DNA from: Takakia lepidozioides
Lineage: Eukaryota; Plantae; Bryophyta
NCBI GenBank assembly: GCA_030704615.1
Contig: CM060734.1
Coordinates: 23,560,001 to 23,624,000 of the forward strand
DNA length: 64,000 bases
Direction: 5' to 3'
The notes below the pieces were generated by a model, which saw only the letters and a program-made list of their open reading frames with translations, was not told the DNA's origin and searched no databases. Made by a program: the position numbers and the translations under genes. Of the stretch, positions 1-13,293 are shown piece by piece (position 1 is the stretch's first letter; every line of letters begins with the position of its first letter).

Positions 1-2450
1 AAATGGCAACCGGTAATATGGACATTTCACTCGGTCAATCTGTAATTAACTGCCAGTTCTCCACGTTCATTGGATCACTTACAGGAGCTCCTACAAATTA
101 CAAAATTAATGACCCAACAATTCTGAACACAATGAAGGTAATCCATAGGTCTGAAACGTTTTTGGCGTCCCTTATGAACACATGTGTAGTAATGCCATAT
201 GTAAGAACTGTAATCAACCGGACCAGGTTGCTTTGTGGCATGTGAAATTAAATTCGTTGGAGCACTGAAAATTTGGGACGGTTTGGGACGGGCAACGTGA
301 ACCAGAGAGGTGTAGTAACGAATGTGGTGCCACAAGATATCATTTCCTCGTGCAATTGTCAGAATACGAAATTAAAAACTATGTATATGTGCTTCTTCTT
401 CTATTTCCTACTGGGGTTGGGGTGGGGGGCCAGGAGGAACGTCCAACGAACGTGCCAAACTGTTAGTGTGGATTACTGATGTTGGATATCTGGATGTTTG
501 CAGCTTGGGATTACATTTAAACTTTGAATGAAAAATTTGGCTTGGGCTCGTACTTGTGGCACAGGTCTTTTTCATGGACGATAAGTTATTGTATCACCAG
601 ACTGGAAGGTCGTGGTACAGACAGCAGTCCAAGCATGGGTATGTGATGAAGTGCCCCACTGCGAGGGCTGCATAAATTTGATGAGGCGAATTTGGTGCGG
701 CTTGCGAAGTTATGAAAGGATATGGAGAGGATATGTGGCAATTTCACTCATATGGAAATTCGACATATGTGACAATTTCACTCACTTCACCAAAGTCCAC
801 ACGTCCACACCTTTGAGAATTTACACATTTGCGTCCACCCGCCAAATTTAATGGTCGCATGGGTGCATCACAAGACACACTACTTACCTTAAGGTTTACG
901 CTGTTGTGTTGTTGGGCTCCAAGTTGGTGGCACCATGTGCCTGCACGCCTCCCTAACAAGAGCGGCGGCCGTTGACTGTCCAATGCTAAGCTGTTCAGTG
1001 TTGTCTGTGGATCTAGCGACTCTTTTCTGACTCTTTTCTGCGCCTCCATGACCAAAGCTAGCGACAGTAGCTTGCATGCGCAGCGGGGGTTGAAAAGGGG
1101 TTGTCTCTTGGAGAACGTAGTACACATCCATGGTCCTTTGTTAGGCCGCAATGGTAACTCAACGTGCAATGCTGATTCTTTCCTTCAAAATCGACGCTGG
1201 AATAATAGATAGAACGTACACTAGGACTGCATATTTTGCTGGGCAGACATAGGCTGCGGTGTGGTTTTCCAGCTGATGGAAAGACGAAGCTTGAAGATGA
1301 TGTTAGATTGTATGGGCGCACATCTTCAAAGATCCGTTAGGGTAATTCTACCCTACATTTTGTATGTACAGGCCTGTTAAAGACATGCACATCCGCCTGA
1401 CATCGAAATGCTCTGGCCCTAAAGGTTTGGGTACTTGTGAGGCTCCTCGTTAGCGAATTGAGCTAACTTTTCTGCATAATTTCAATTTGTGGACGAATGC
1501 GAAGAAGAAATGAAGTGTAATTTAAGGTTCGTGTAAGACGGGAGGATTTAGGAAGTTTCTTCTGGGCTGTCACGGATTGGCATTAATGCTCGAATTGATT
1601 TAAGATTGCAAACAGCAGACATCTGGAAGTTGATCATGGGTTCTGATCTAATGACAGGTAGAACACATGTGATCACTCTAGACATCCATAGTGGCATTGC
1701 CCGCCAGCGCTCGATTGCACTCTCATTTGATCGATCCATGCTCATGCGGCTGGGATCTAATCCCAACCAATCATCCTGAATCTGTATTGTATGCTTACTA
1801 TACTGGATGTATTATCATTATCAAAAACAAATTAATTCTATCACCTACTATTGATTGATGAATTTATTTTCCAACATGTAAAAGCAACCGTTTGGGAGTT
1901 CGACCCCAGATTCGAACCATGTTCTTTGTTTTCTAAAACCAACTTCTATAAAGAAGGGAAAAAATAAAACCCCCATATAATTAAGCCAGAGTAGAGGGAA
2001 CCATGTTCAAATTCCTCTCTCGAGAAAAACCACTGTTTGAATTAGCCGGATTTCTTCCCATTAATAGTAATATAATACGTATATTAATAGCGTACAATAC
2101 GGTCTCGACAGGTGAACCATGTTCTAAGCCGAAACTGACGGACGGAAGTATCGGGACGAATCTACACAAATCATTCTTACTGAGACATGGACGGCAACTG
2201 TCGGGAACCCCGAGAACGAGAAGGAACTCGGGCAGAGAGGAAAGCCGTCGGGATGGATGAACAATTGTAGCCGTCACTTGTTCTCGGGGACGGCGGTCTG
2301 TTTCGAGTATAAGACGGCAACAGGTCTTCTGCTTCGGCACGACGTTCTTGGCGGGTGGCTGCTGCGTTTAACGATCAGCTCCGCGTCTGCGCTGCTAGTC
2401 TTGCTTGGGTTGCTTCCGCTGTGTGGGATCCATTGAGAAGAGAGGAAGCG

Positions 2451-5400
2451 ATGGAGATGATACCTGAAGATGCTCATGCATTGGTGTATGATCACCCGAT
2501 AGCCGCTCCACATGAGGTTTGGGTCCCTGGAGCCTTGATTGTGGGTGCTGGCCCAGCAGGCCTTGCAACAGCTGCATGCCTGAAATCCCACGGAGTACCC
2601 TGCACGATACTGGAGCGTGAGGACTGTGTGGCTTCGTTGTGGAGGAAGAGGACGTATGACAGGTTGCATCTGCACCTACCCAAGAAATTCTGCCAGTTGC
2701 CACCGAACCCTTTCCCCAGTGATTACCCTACCTATCCAACCCGTGACCAGTTTGTGCATTACCTGGACTGCTATGCCGAACGATTCCCACATTACTCCTA
2801 TTTTCGACAAGGTGGTAGCGTCTGCACGGTTTTCCGACAATCTGATCTGGGCTTTGGACACATTCGACTGCAGGACAGCCTCGAAAGAGGGAGCTGGTGT
2901 TCATACGGTCTACACGGCCAACTGGCTTGTGGTAGCGTCAGGAGAGAACTCTGACATCTCTCTGCCCTCGCCAAAGGGAGAAGACGAGTTTGCTGGGAAT
3001 ATCATCCACGCAAGTAAATATAGGAATGGAGAAAGATATGAGAACAGCAAAGTGCTTGTTGTGGGCTGCGTTAACACAGGAATGGAGGTCGCACTAGACC
3101 TAGCCAACTACAAGGCCACGCCCTCACTCGTCGTCCAAAGTCCAGTATGGCTACACCCCCTTCACTAATTATTTTTTGTGTGTCATTGCTGGCCAAATGT
3201 TTTGGATTATACCTCCCGCTTCGTCAAAAGCAGGCTTTCCTGCAACATTGTAGGTGCTGCTACTAGAATTGGCGAGATAACAACTAACCGAGGGTGTCAG
3301 ATTTGGATCTTTCAGTCCCTCTCCAGGTGGAATCTTTTTATGTCATCCTTGAAATATATAGCTTCACACTCTCATGATCCCTCAAACAAACTTTTAACAA
3401 ACTGCATATCTACGTACGATCACTAGATCATACTTACTCGAATCCCCACAGGAGAAATTGTCCAGACACCTTGCTAAGCTATGCCGAATTGATGAAACCA
3501 CATCGTAGCTAGAGTTCAAGCTTTTCTACAGTGACTATCATTGTGCTCTTCACCTCTTTGTTTGAAACAACCAAAGAGCTATGCATGTTTTTGTTAGTAG
3601 GATAGTAACATCCACTAGGATAGTAAGTCTAATAGTTAAAGACCCTTTCATATCTTATACTCAAGAAACAATATTGTAGAGATCTCATACTCAAGAGACA
3701 CAATTGTTGATATATAAGGTATGTTCAGAGACTATAATACAACGATTTTATTCTGTCTTAGCTCTCTCTCACTTGTATGTTTACTCATATATAGAATGTA
3801 GATATTAACATGGTATCAGGCCTCTATAGATAATATAGAACGATCCGATGGGATGGGACTCCTTGTTTCAAATTGACCTTAACATTCTATGAGTTTTTTT
3901 TTAACCATAAGAAAATGTATAATGTCTTCAGAAAACATAGGGTCCTAAAATTCTATAGGAAGAGTAAATCCTAATCGGGGCCACAATGGCATCCTCCTCG
4001 TCTGATCAAAGAACCCGTATGATCAAAGAACCATAGAGAAATTAGATGGTTCTAACTATCAAACCTGGAAGATTAGATTATCCTATAAAAACGAAAGACT
4101 CTGGGATTTAGTAATAGGTACTGAAATAAAACCTAGCTCAAGTACTTCCCCAGGTGGAACAGTAACAAATCCACCAGGGACTGGTGTAGGTTCCATCGTC
4201 CATTGGGAAGATAGAGATAGGACAGCCCAATTGATAATCATATATAATGTTAAAAACACTTGTCTCGGTCATGTGACCTCTTCACTTACAGCAAATGGGA
4301 ATTGGGTAGCCTTACAAAGAGTCTATCACACAAATGACATGATAAACAAGTGTCATCTTATAAAGCACTATGTCAATTACAGTTTGAGAGAAGGGAATGA
4401 CATTAAAATTCATATTCATGAATTTAGACTCAACTAGGGTCAGTGGGGGTCACACATTCAGATGAAGACAACGTACAGAGACACTCTTAAGTAGTCTTCC
4501 TGAATCATACGAGCCCATATTAATTATGACCTTAAGTAATCAACTTGGATTATCCCTTCAAGATGTTGCAGCCAAATTATTGACTCATGACATTCGTAGG
4601 AGGAAGAATGGTGATTTATCTGCAACAGATGGAGTCACAGTATTCTGGGCTGGTAGGAAGCCAAACCAGAAGAGGCAGATGACTGGATCTCAAGGTGGAT
4701 CACCCAGTTATCCTGTCAACCAAGGTCTTCTATAGAAGACATCACAGATCGTATTACCTCAAGTTTTGGTCCTACTAACGGGCCAGTTTCCAAGTGTGTA
4801 ATTCTTGGAGTTCATTCCACATTCTATTCCCGGAAAGCAGTCAGTGCTACAAGGAGAAGAGGTGGAGGTATTGACGTAGCTATGAAAGTGAGGAGATGAA
4901 GAACAACTCAGAGGAGCGTACGAAAGTTCAAGACTTTAACTAGACCGATGATTACACGAGTGTTAAAGTAGCAATGAAGTGTTAACGTAGACTTTATCTT
5001 TAACAGATATATTAGACTTAAGTGGGGGTGTTAGGAGGATAGTAACATCCACTAGGATAGTAAGTCTAATAGTTAAAGACCCTTTCATATCTTATACTCA
5101 AGAGACATTATTGTAGAGATCTCATACTCAAGAGACACAATTGTTGATATATAAGGTATGTTCAGAGACTGCAATACAACGATTCTATTCTGTCTCAGCT
5201 CTCTCTCTCTCTCTCTCACTTGTATGTCTACTCATATATAGAATGTAGATATTAACAGTTTTAGACTCTATGCTCGCTTAAGTTTGTGAAAGCACAGTAT
5301 GTAGAGAGACACTAAGAAACTGTAAAAGACTCGAATTTTTCGCGAGCAACTGCGGCTGGCATTTTATCTGCACCTCCAGGTATCGCTTACAGTTGACGAG

Positions 5401-6631
5401 CCAATTGCAAAGTCTTTCACCAAAACAGTTCAAGTCCTACTGCTGAGCGAGCTGCTGAGCCTTTGCTATCCAGTATACAGTCTTGAAAAAATAGGAGAAT
5501 TGTTGATAAGTTACATCATGAAGTGAACAGCCCAGGTGGGTACGAGCCTAATTCTGTGTCATGACACAAAACGGACTGCTAGCTATTTGGGAATCCCGCC
5601 CTCATCTGACAAGATCATTATTTTCTTGAGCATGCTGGCAAATGTTCTGAAATTTTTTGAGGATATTGAATCTGTATTTTGGCATCTGTGCAGTACCATG
5701 TCTTGCCGAGAGAGTTATTTGGACTTATTTCGACCTTTCAAGTAATCTCGTGGCTGAAGAAGTACTTCCCTCTCTGGTTTGTGGACTCTTGCATTGTTCT
5801 TGCTTCGCGACTAACCATGGGCTGCGTAGCCAAATTTGGGATCGAAAGGCCCAAGGAAGATCCTCTTGAGGTGAAGATGAGGACAGGAAAGACGCCTGTT
5901 TTGGACGTCGGGACAGTACAGAAAGTAAGGAGTGGACATGTCAAGGTAAGCTCTACCATTCTTCAACAGTCCACGTACATTTCGAATCCCTTGTGTCGAA
6001 CCTTACCGTTGAGATCATTTCAATCGAAACTCTAGCTGCTTACACACTTCTCTCATCTCAAAATTCAACTGTGCAAAAACATTTCTGCAGGTAGTGCCTG
6101 GCATAGAATGCGTGTCCGAAAAGGGAGTTCACTTTGTGGATGGTACCTACAAACAATTCGATGACTCATCATGGCCACAGGCTACAAGAGCAACGTTCAA
6201 TGTTGGTTGAAGGTAAGTTTGCCAGACCTCACATTTTCTCTTCAAGAACAACCCAACTCAGAACAAGACATTATCTTGCGAGATTGACACCACGTTAGAA
6301 TGCGGATTTGAAGAGGACAATCGAATGCCAATTCAACAACCAGATCGGTTCCATATTAGTCCTGTTTGTGTGCCAAGAAGTCCCCAGTCAATGAAGCTGC
6401 CAATCTCTCATCTACAATCTACTGATTACTAACTGCAAGATTTACACTGGACAGGATGATAACATGTTCGGTGCTGATGGATTCCCCAAGAAAGCAGCCC
6501 CAAACGGATGGAAGGGAGAGCGGGGATTATACGCGGTAGGTTTCGGTCGTGGAGGACTGGCTGGAGTCTCCTACGATGCAGTCCAAGTTGCAGAGGATAT
6601 CTCCAAGGCTTACTTTCTGCAGAAACACTGA
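2451..6631 (+). pseudogene. YUC: YUCCA-type flavin monooxygenase (indole-3-pyruvate monooxygenase) pseudogene; exons 2451-3144, 5694-5945, 6091-6212, 6455-6631
   Basis: FAD motif GAGPAG, TYDRLHLHLPKKFC, WLVVASGEN, FMO motif [46 protein letters not shown] introns at typical YUCCA positions. Lesions: +1 frameshift in CCC at ~2786-2788, NADPH motif GCVNTG instead of GCGNSG, 1-nt deletion near 6165 in exon 3. Confidence 0.92.
3592..5257 (+). mobile_element. Non-autonomous Ty1/Copia LTR retrotransposon (decayed gag only, no pol) in YUCCA intron 1
   Basis: TG...CA LTRs at 3592-3810 and 5029-5257. 5-bp TSD GTTTT at 3587-3591 and 5258-5262. tRNA-iMet-like PBS TGGTATCAG at 3811. PPT AAGTGGGGG at 5020-5028. 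Gag remnant IEKLDGSNYQTWKIRL...LWDLV near 4033-4115. Confidence 0.93.
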
Positions 6632-7852
6632 CAACCTCACCCAGTTCCTCTCTGCAGCTTTTCGAAGTGCAGCCAAGCTTAGCCACCACTGACAGTGGGA
6701 GTAGTGAATGACATAGCAAGTAGCTTGTACAGATCACCTCCCTCTCAGTTCTGTCTTGCTGAACAAGTACACCAAGCCTTTTTCCAGAGAATCCTGTGTG
6801 TATGCATGCACAGCTCTCAATGTACTTGTAACTGTGTTCTTACCCGTTGAAAAGACATGATTGTTCCTTTCACCATTGTAAGTTCCAATAAAATTCATGG
6901 ATAATTTCAGAAATCGTAATAACACAAGTTCAGTGTTTGCATGTCTACTTAGGCCTCTACATCTAGAGGTCTTTCTAAATCAAGCTGTGCAATCCTCAAG
7001 TAGAAAATTCCAATTCAGCTTGGGTGTAACTTGGGTGTACAATGAACGAAAAACCAGTATAGCTCAATACCATGCATACCCTCACATCTGCCATGCAAAA
7101 CATCCTACAAGTTGCTGCTTAATTTGTTCGGCGTCCATGGTGAAAAGTGTGTACTGATCTACGATGGTAGTTTTCACCTTGTACGAAACAACCCCAACAA
7201 GCACCTCACTGAAGAACTGCCATGTTTTGGGACGGAATGGGGCGGGCGAGCATAGATCACGGGGCAGGCAATAGCAGACTCTCTACAGTTGCAGTGCTCG
7301 TACTGTTTGTGAATGAGCTTTGTTATCAAGCTGCCGCGGTCACGAATTCCCACTTGAGATGGTGAGTGTGTGTTTTGGACAGGTCCACGCACACTCTTGA
7401 GTCTTAGCTGCGGGCACCAAAACAATCTGAGACTGATGCAGTGCTGATCCAATTGTTCATTCATTTGCCAGTATGTGAAAAGGCAGGTTTGTGAGGGATG
7501 GAGAGATCAGAGAGTGATCTGAGAAGTATAGTGCCTAAAAGTATCTAGCAGTGAGCACTGGGGCTTGAATGGGAATGTGGGGGAGGAGGAGTCCAGGACT
7601 GGCACTTGGTAGAGTTGGGTTTTATGTCAAGCGCCATGTTCATGACCCCGGGACCTCCAGCTTGTCGCCGAAGATGTTACCGATTCTTTCTGCCTCCCGG
7701 GCAATAGTGAGGATCACACGGTAATCAAACCAACCAATCATTACACCAAATTCTGAAGACAAAAGGGCATGATTAAGACAGGAAGCTTGTGCAAAGACTC
7801 GTGAATACCACCTCTCCAATGAAGTGGGAAGCGTGGCTTTTGTTTGTGACAG

Positions 7853-8967
7853 AACAAAAGGAGATTGCAGAGGAGAAGGGAGGAGCACCCCTGACATGGG
7901 ATGACACGCGCAAAATGAAGTACACATGGCGTGTGCTTCAAGAGACTTTGCGGATGCAGCCTCCTGTGCAAGCAGCTTTTCGAAAGGCAATAAAAGATTT
8001 TGAGTATGAAGGTTACACAATTCCGAAAGGGTGGAATGTGAGTGCTTCAATCCACATCAGTTGTCACTTTACTCCCCCCGAACTAGTTGTTCACAGAAAT
8101 CATATTCAGTTGCTTTGGGGTTGCAGTTTCTTTGTTGGTTCTATATTTGAAGGGAAGTTTTTGTATCACTTGCAACTACCAATACAACCATTTGATAAAA
8201 TACGCAGCTGCAAGTACTAAGTGCAGGATCGTTATAGGTTGTTGTTGTAGTTGAAATAGCAGCAGCTGCATGAATACAGAACATGAAGGCTCCATGCAGA
8301 CAATGAAGACAGAGTGTATTGTCTAGCTGTGATTAGGACGGTTTGCCCTAGAGCACGCGTTCTTGGTCACTCAAGAATCCCCAAATCTACCACTCTAATA
8401 CCGACACTGACACTGAGAGCAGTGATGAAGGTCAAGTGACCAAGGACACATCTGGTAGTAGTGTGCGCACGAGTATGTACAGTACTCAATTATCTAGTAC
8501 TCTCATGCAATTTGGGCTCATTATAAGGTGATCTTTATCGATTTCAGTTATTCTATCCGTTTCCAGAAAGATGGGCTAGCCAGCCAACAGCACTCACCTA
8601 ATATATATCAAAAATGGAAAACCTATGTGTAAAGTTTTTGGGTGTGAACAGTTATCCTGAGCTTGTGTCCTTGCATGTATTGTTTCTGCAGATTATATCG
8701 ACTGCAAACCGCTCACATTACTCCCCGGAGCATTTTCCAAACCCTCAAAAGTTCGACCCATCTCGCTTTGAAGGCTTGGGTCCTACACCGTTCACATTTG
8801 TTCCACTTGGTGGAGGGCCCCGTCTCTGCCTTGGAAATGAATTTGTGGTGAACTTTGAATGGGAGATGGTAGACCCCCAGGAACCCATTATCATCAATCC
8901 CATGCCCATTTTTAAGAAGAAACTGCAACTGAAAGTTCGCAGGAAGGCGAATTCATTGCCATTGTAA
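7853..8967 (+). pseudogene. Cytochrome P450 (CYP85 clan, CYP716-like): last two exons, 7853-8037 and 8692-8967
   Basis: ExxR motif (QETLRMQPP), FRKAIKDFEYEGYTIPKGW, FDPSRF, heme motif [11 protein letters not shown]. About a dozen residues normally following the heme Cys appear deleted (NEF|VVNFEW). AG/GT splice sites present. Confidence 0.88.
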
Positions 8968-9591
8968 GCACTGTAACAAGCAGGGGTACATGTACGCACG
9001 GGAAAGACACTCGTCCCCAATATGAGTGTGTACATGCATTTGCAAAATCGTGTGCTGGGACATACATGTATTAGTCCGCTGTTGGTTCACATTTGAGTAG
9101 ACATAATCCTCCTCTGGATGGTAAGGGTTGGTGTATGCAGGCTTGGCTACAAGACAGCCACGGCGCAAGGATCTCTTGGCCTATGCCCTGCTTACCGTCG
9201 GTATCGCCAGACACCCAGTCATGCCAAAATGATAAGAAGTGTTCCACTCCCACTATGTGATCTAAGCTAGAACCAGGAAGAACCCCAATCTCCACGAATT
9301 TGCAAGTTTGAGATTGACAGACGAGCAATGAGGATGAACAATGATAATTTTCTACTGGAAGGTTAGTGTCAACAGTTACCCTGACACCTACTACTGCAGT
9401 TCCAGCTATACTACAAGTTTATTTATATCGTCGAAATTGGTGCATTGCGACAACAGATGATATAGAATTCTGGATCTACTCTACAAGTTAAATCCTCATT
9501 TTTATGATAATGCATGCAAGAATATTGTTTATTGATGTACATTCTAGCACCGAAGAAGGAAATGAAGACTTCTGAGTAAGGTGATCCGCAC

Positions 9592-10157
9592 CTCAAATGA
9601 TCTCCTTCAAGCATTCAGGATTGAGGTAAAGGTACTTGAGCGTCACAGCCGGTGCTATACTAGTCGTGTCGTGTCCTGCTACGAACATAATTAAGATATT
9701 GTCTTTCATTTCCTCCAGAGTCATGAATCTTCCGTTCTCAATCGGGGTTGCTTAGCCACGAAGAGAGGAGGTCCTTGGTTAGCTGAAGTTTTTCCGTCTT
9801 TAAAATCCTGCACAAAAAAATTGATCCAAAATTTAGAGGATAATATTTCTTTTGTTTGCGAAAGAGAACCTGAAAGTGAGGGACCTGTTTTACAACAGAA
9901 ATTGCAATGCACCTGCTGCCTTCGTAGTATGATGTTCTCCAAGATTCGTAGTACCGATTCGCGCGCAAGCCTTGCTTTGCGGTAGACAGTTCCAGGGAGA
10001 TCAATGGGTATTTGCATCATGCCAGAGAGAAACGTTTCGAGCGTTTCATACATTGGAAGGAACTCGGGATCCCTTTGTTTGACACTAACAAACATTTCCG
10101 CTGCCACTGCAAAGGTGTACATTCTCACCGCAGGCACTCCCAGAATCTGATCCTTGC
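9592..10157 (-). pseudogene. Cytochrome P450 (CYP716-like): middle exons 10157-9913 and 9807-9592, 5'-truncated
   Basis: KDQILGVPAVRMYTFAVA...IPIDLPGT, then with frameshifts DLLSSWL...EEMKDNILIMFVAGHDTT (I-helix) and an in-frame stop. The 5' end is replaced by the 2-kb repeat at ~10156. Confidence 0.85.
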
Positions 10158-11685
10158 AGGGGTTTACCACCTGGTTATATTCAGACAAAACATCTACCAG
10201 CAGCATATCATAATTGGGTATTTTTTATGGTGCTATAAAGAGCAAAGCCATAACCAGGAGAAACATAGAAACATTTGAGCCAAAGAAATGGAACTCATTC
10301 TTATCATAAGGTATCTAAATCTGACATAAGGCATCGGCCACAGGGGACCGGCAAACAAGGGTAATGTGCATTGACCGGATCATGTATAAGGTGTACACGT
10401 CTACTCCAGCAAGCCTGTCTTACCAAGGCCTAGCTCAAAATTTCAGCATTCGGAAGCCCTATAGATGTTCTATGCTTATCTCAGGTACCTTCAAGGATGC
10501 CTTACTCTCCATGCCCAATTAGCCAACATATTTTTGCTGGAGAAGATCTTACCTTAGGAAGGACTTGCTTGCTCCACACCGTGGTCATGGCGGGAGAGGA
10601 GGCTGATATCTCATGGCTTTGGCCTTCCCATTGCCTTGGGTTCATCACTTCAATCAGGAACATATTTGATAACCTTTTGTCATGCTCAGACCAAGGTGTT
10701 AGTAAATCAAACATAAAACTGAAAAACAGAAGGGAGATTGGTTGATAATGTGTACAAGAACCACCAAGTACACTGGTCTAAATCAGAGAGGGAAGATACT
10801 TATGTCTCGTCGAGACATGGACAAAGACCTGACAAGGTCATTGTAAAATTAACGACAAATCGGCCTCATTATCAACCATTCTTCATTCACAAGTCAGCTT
10901 TATGACAAATCCCAGACTTCAAAGTCAACGAAGTCTCTGGGTGGGGGGGTGGGAAAAATTGGAGACTCGATTACCACTGTTCATAGCAGGAAACCGTTGT
11001 TCAGCATGCTAAAAAGTGCCATTCATGACATGCCATGTCATTCAGTCTGTATTTTTTGGTCAGCTTGCATACCAAGGCATAACCAACCATCCTAATTTAT
11101 CGTTGGCCCAAAAACTAGTATAGTTTTGGGTTCTTTGTATCATCGGACACACCAAAGTGACTGAGCAGTAAGTATCCATGTCCAAATAAAGATCCATTGA
11201 TCACTGTTCATGGCTGGAAATGTCGGTTTGTCTTAAAGAAGCCATTTATGATCATAGAAGGCTTAAGAACAAAATAAGAGCATTTCTTTACATAAAAGAA
11301 CATCACCAAAGCAGGGTTACGGACTGATATTTGGCAGCTTATACAACAGGGTGTAATCGGCTGCCCTATTTTGCACATCAAGTCACTTTATTGACACCAT
11401 GTTTTTTGCCCCATGATCTGTTTTAGATCTGGGGCTGGTGTGTAACTTCAATGACAGGGTGGAGTAATATTCCCACCTCTTATTCCATGCCCCAAGACCA
11501 AGTTCTATGTCTGGGTAGGGAAATCATTACCATAACAGGCTGTAATCAGATTTACATGCCATGCAATCATCCATAGGAAACACAAAGAATCTGAATTGCT
11601 CATCCCATCAGGCCTGCAGGTTACTTTGGTATTATTTATCCTAAAGCAACTCGAATACAATGCCTGAATCATTCTCTTCACATCT
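10156..11685. repeat. Diverged partial copy of the ~2.02-kb tandem unit
   Basis: Collinear with the array unit from GCAGGGGTTTACCACC to CTCTTC(A/G)CATCT, with scattered substitutions and a 66-bp deletion at ~11474. Confidence 0.95.
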
Positions 11686-13293
11686 GTTAGAGGACTGTAG
11701 GGGACTTAGACACTTATACGGGATCTGTAGGGTACCCTTAAATTTTGCACAGACTGAGACCAACAGGAGCCTTAGGGGTGACAGCAGCGCACTGTAGAGG
11801 GGGGTTACACAGTCGTCACGGCCCACACAGCCGTCACAGTCCACACAGCCAACACAGCCCGTCACAGTCGTCACAGCCAACACAGCCGTCACAGTCCACA
11901 CAGCCAACACAGCCAACACAGCCCGTCACAGTCGTCACAGTCGTCACAGCCAACACAGCCGACACAGCCGACACAGCCCGGCACAGCCACACAGCCAGTC
12001 ACAGCCCGACACAGCCAAACACAGTCGCACAGCAGTCACAGCACAGCCCGTCACAGTTTCACACAGCCAGCCACAGCTTGACACAGCTGTCACGATCATA
12101 GGGAACGAAGAGTAGGACAGGGAACGACTGTGGGGAACAACACCTGCGAAGGGAACATGTTAGTTTACAGATGACGGTTAGTGAGGGAAACGGTTAGAAC
12201 TGCGGATAGGAAGATAAAAGGGAAAACGGGGAATGAAGAGGGATTTTTATCATTCTTCAGAGGAGGACTTCTTAGTCAGGCTGGAGCGGAGATCGGAAGC
12301 AAAAGATGGAGAGCACGGTGAAGGAGGAAAGAGAATTAGTAGATGCTTGTTATATGCAAAGCTGTAGTGATATTGTAGAGCAGATTAGAGACATAATGGC
12401 TTCGGCCTGATACCTGATAAATCATAATCTGATACTTATACGATACAATCACACTGTGTAGAGAGATCTGAGTGAAGCTGTGGATTGAATGAATGAGTGA
12501 AGGAAACCGATAGATTGATGAAGCAAACTGATATTTAATTATCAATGGTAAGGTAGCTAAGATGAATGCGGAAAGGGAAACAAATAGGAAACACCCCCAT
12601 GATACACTAGCTGTAGGTCATGACTGATTGTTCTGCGCGGGCTGAGTACTTAGAGATTTCCAACTCTTCTATCTTGGAGTTTCCGCCTCGGATAGCGAAG
12701 GGATGGGTGAGTAAAAGCCGCGCGACATTTGGCGACCATACTGGGGACCTGGGACATGAACAACCAGATGTGACAGGCATCTGGTGGGATCATGGTGGTT
12801 GGACCATTAAAGAATTTGAAGTGAATCAAATTCCCTGTGGAACGAAGGAAGAAAATTGTCCAAACGATTCTTTCAAAGGTTCTTGGAATTGCCAGACGGT
12901 TGTAAAGAAAATATTCTTAAACGAGTGCATGATGCTGATCCAGAATGGGGTCTGGAGAAAGGAGTGATAAAGATTTATCAGGTAGCCTGTAGAGGAAGAG
13001 CACGTTGGTTACCAACATTGGTTTATGTGATAGCATTGCTATCCATTAAACGAGTAGAGTTTGAAGGCTGGGAAGAAAGAAAGGTGAATGTTTATACTCA
13101 TATGCATGAAGAGCTTGTACTGGTAAAGAATTGGATTCCAAAGGATATTTTGTGGATCAAACTCACACCAAGAACAGCTTTTCAGACTTGTTTGCCATAT
13201 GGTTATATGGTAACGGAGACTTCAAGTATAGCCAAGGGTGCATTGAAGCTTGAAAGAAACCCAGGCATATACGAGAGATATTACAGAAGAGAG
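11685..13293 (+). mobile_element. 5' end of a probable Ty3/Gypsy (Tat/Athila-like) LTR retrotransposon; LTR ~11685-12727, runs into the gap
   Basis: Abrupt switch from the repeat to TGTTAG.... Ends ...CGCGACA, followed by TT and TGGCGACCATACTGGGGA (12730-12747), which resembles Tat/Ogre tRNA-Arg PBSs. An open frame at 12856-13293 has no recognisable domain. Confidence 0.6.
11806..12096. repeat. Degenerate CACAG(C/T)C-based minisatellite inside the LTR
   Basis: Many 7-10-bp units such as AACACAGCC, GTCACAGTC, GACACAGCC. Confidence 0.9.

Noticed and set aside
1-1900. Short ORFs in the first 1.9 kb
   Set aside because: No recognisable motifs or consistent exon structure.
2451-10157. YUCCA + P450 biosynthetic gene cluster
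   Set aside because: Both genes are disrupted, only two genes are involved, and no shared pathway is evident.
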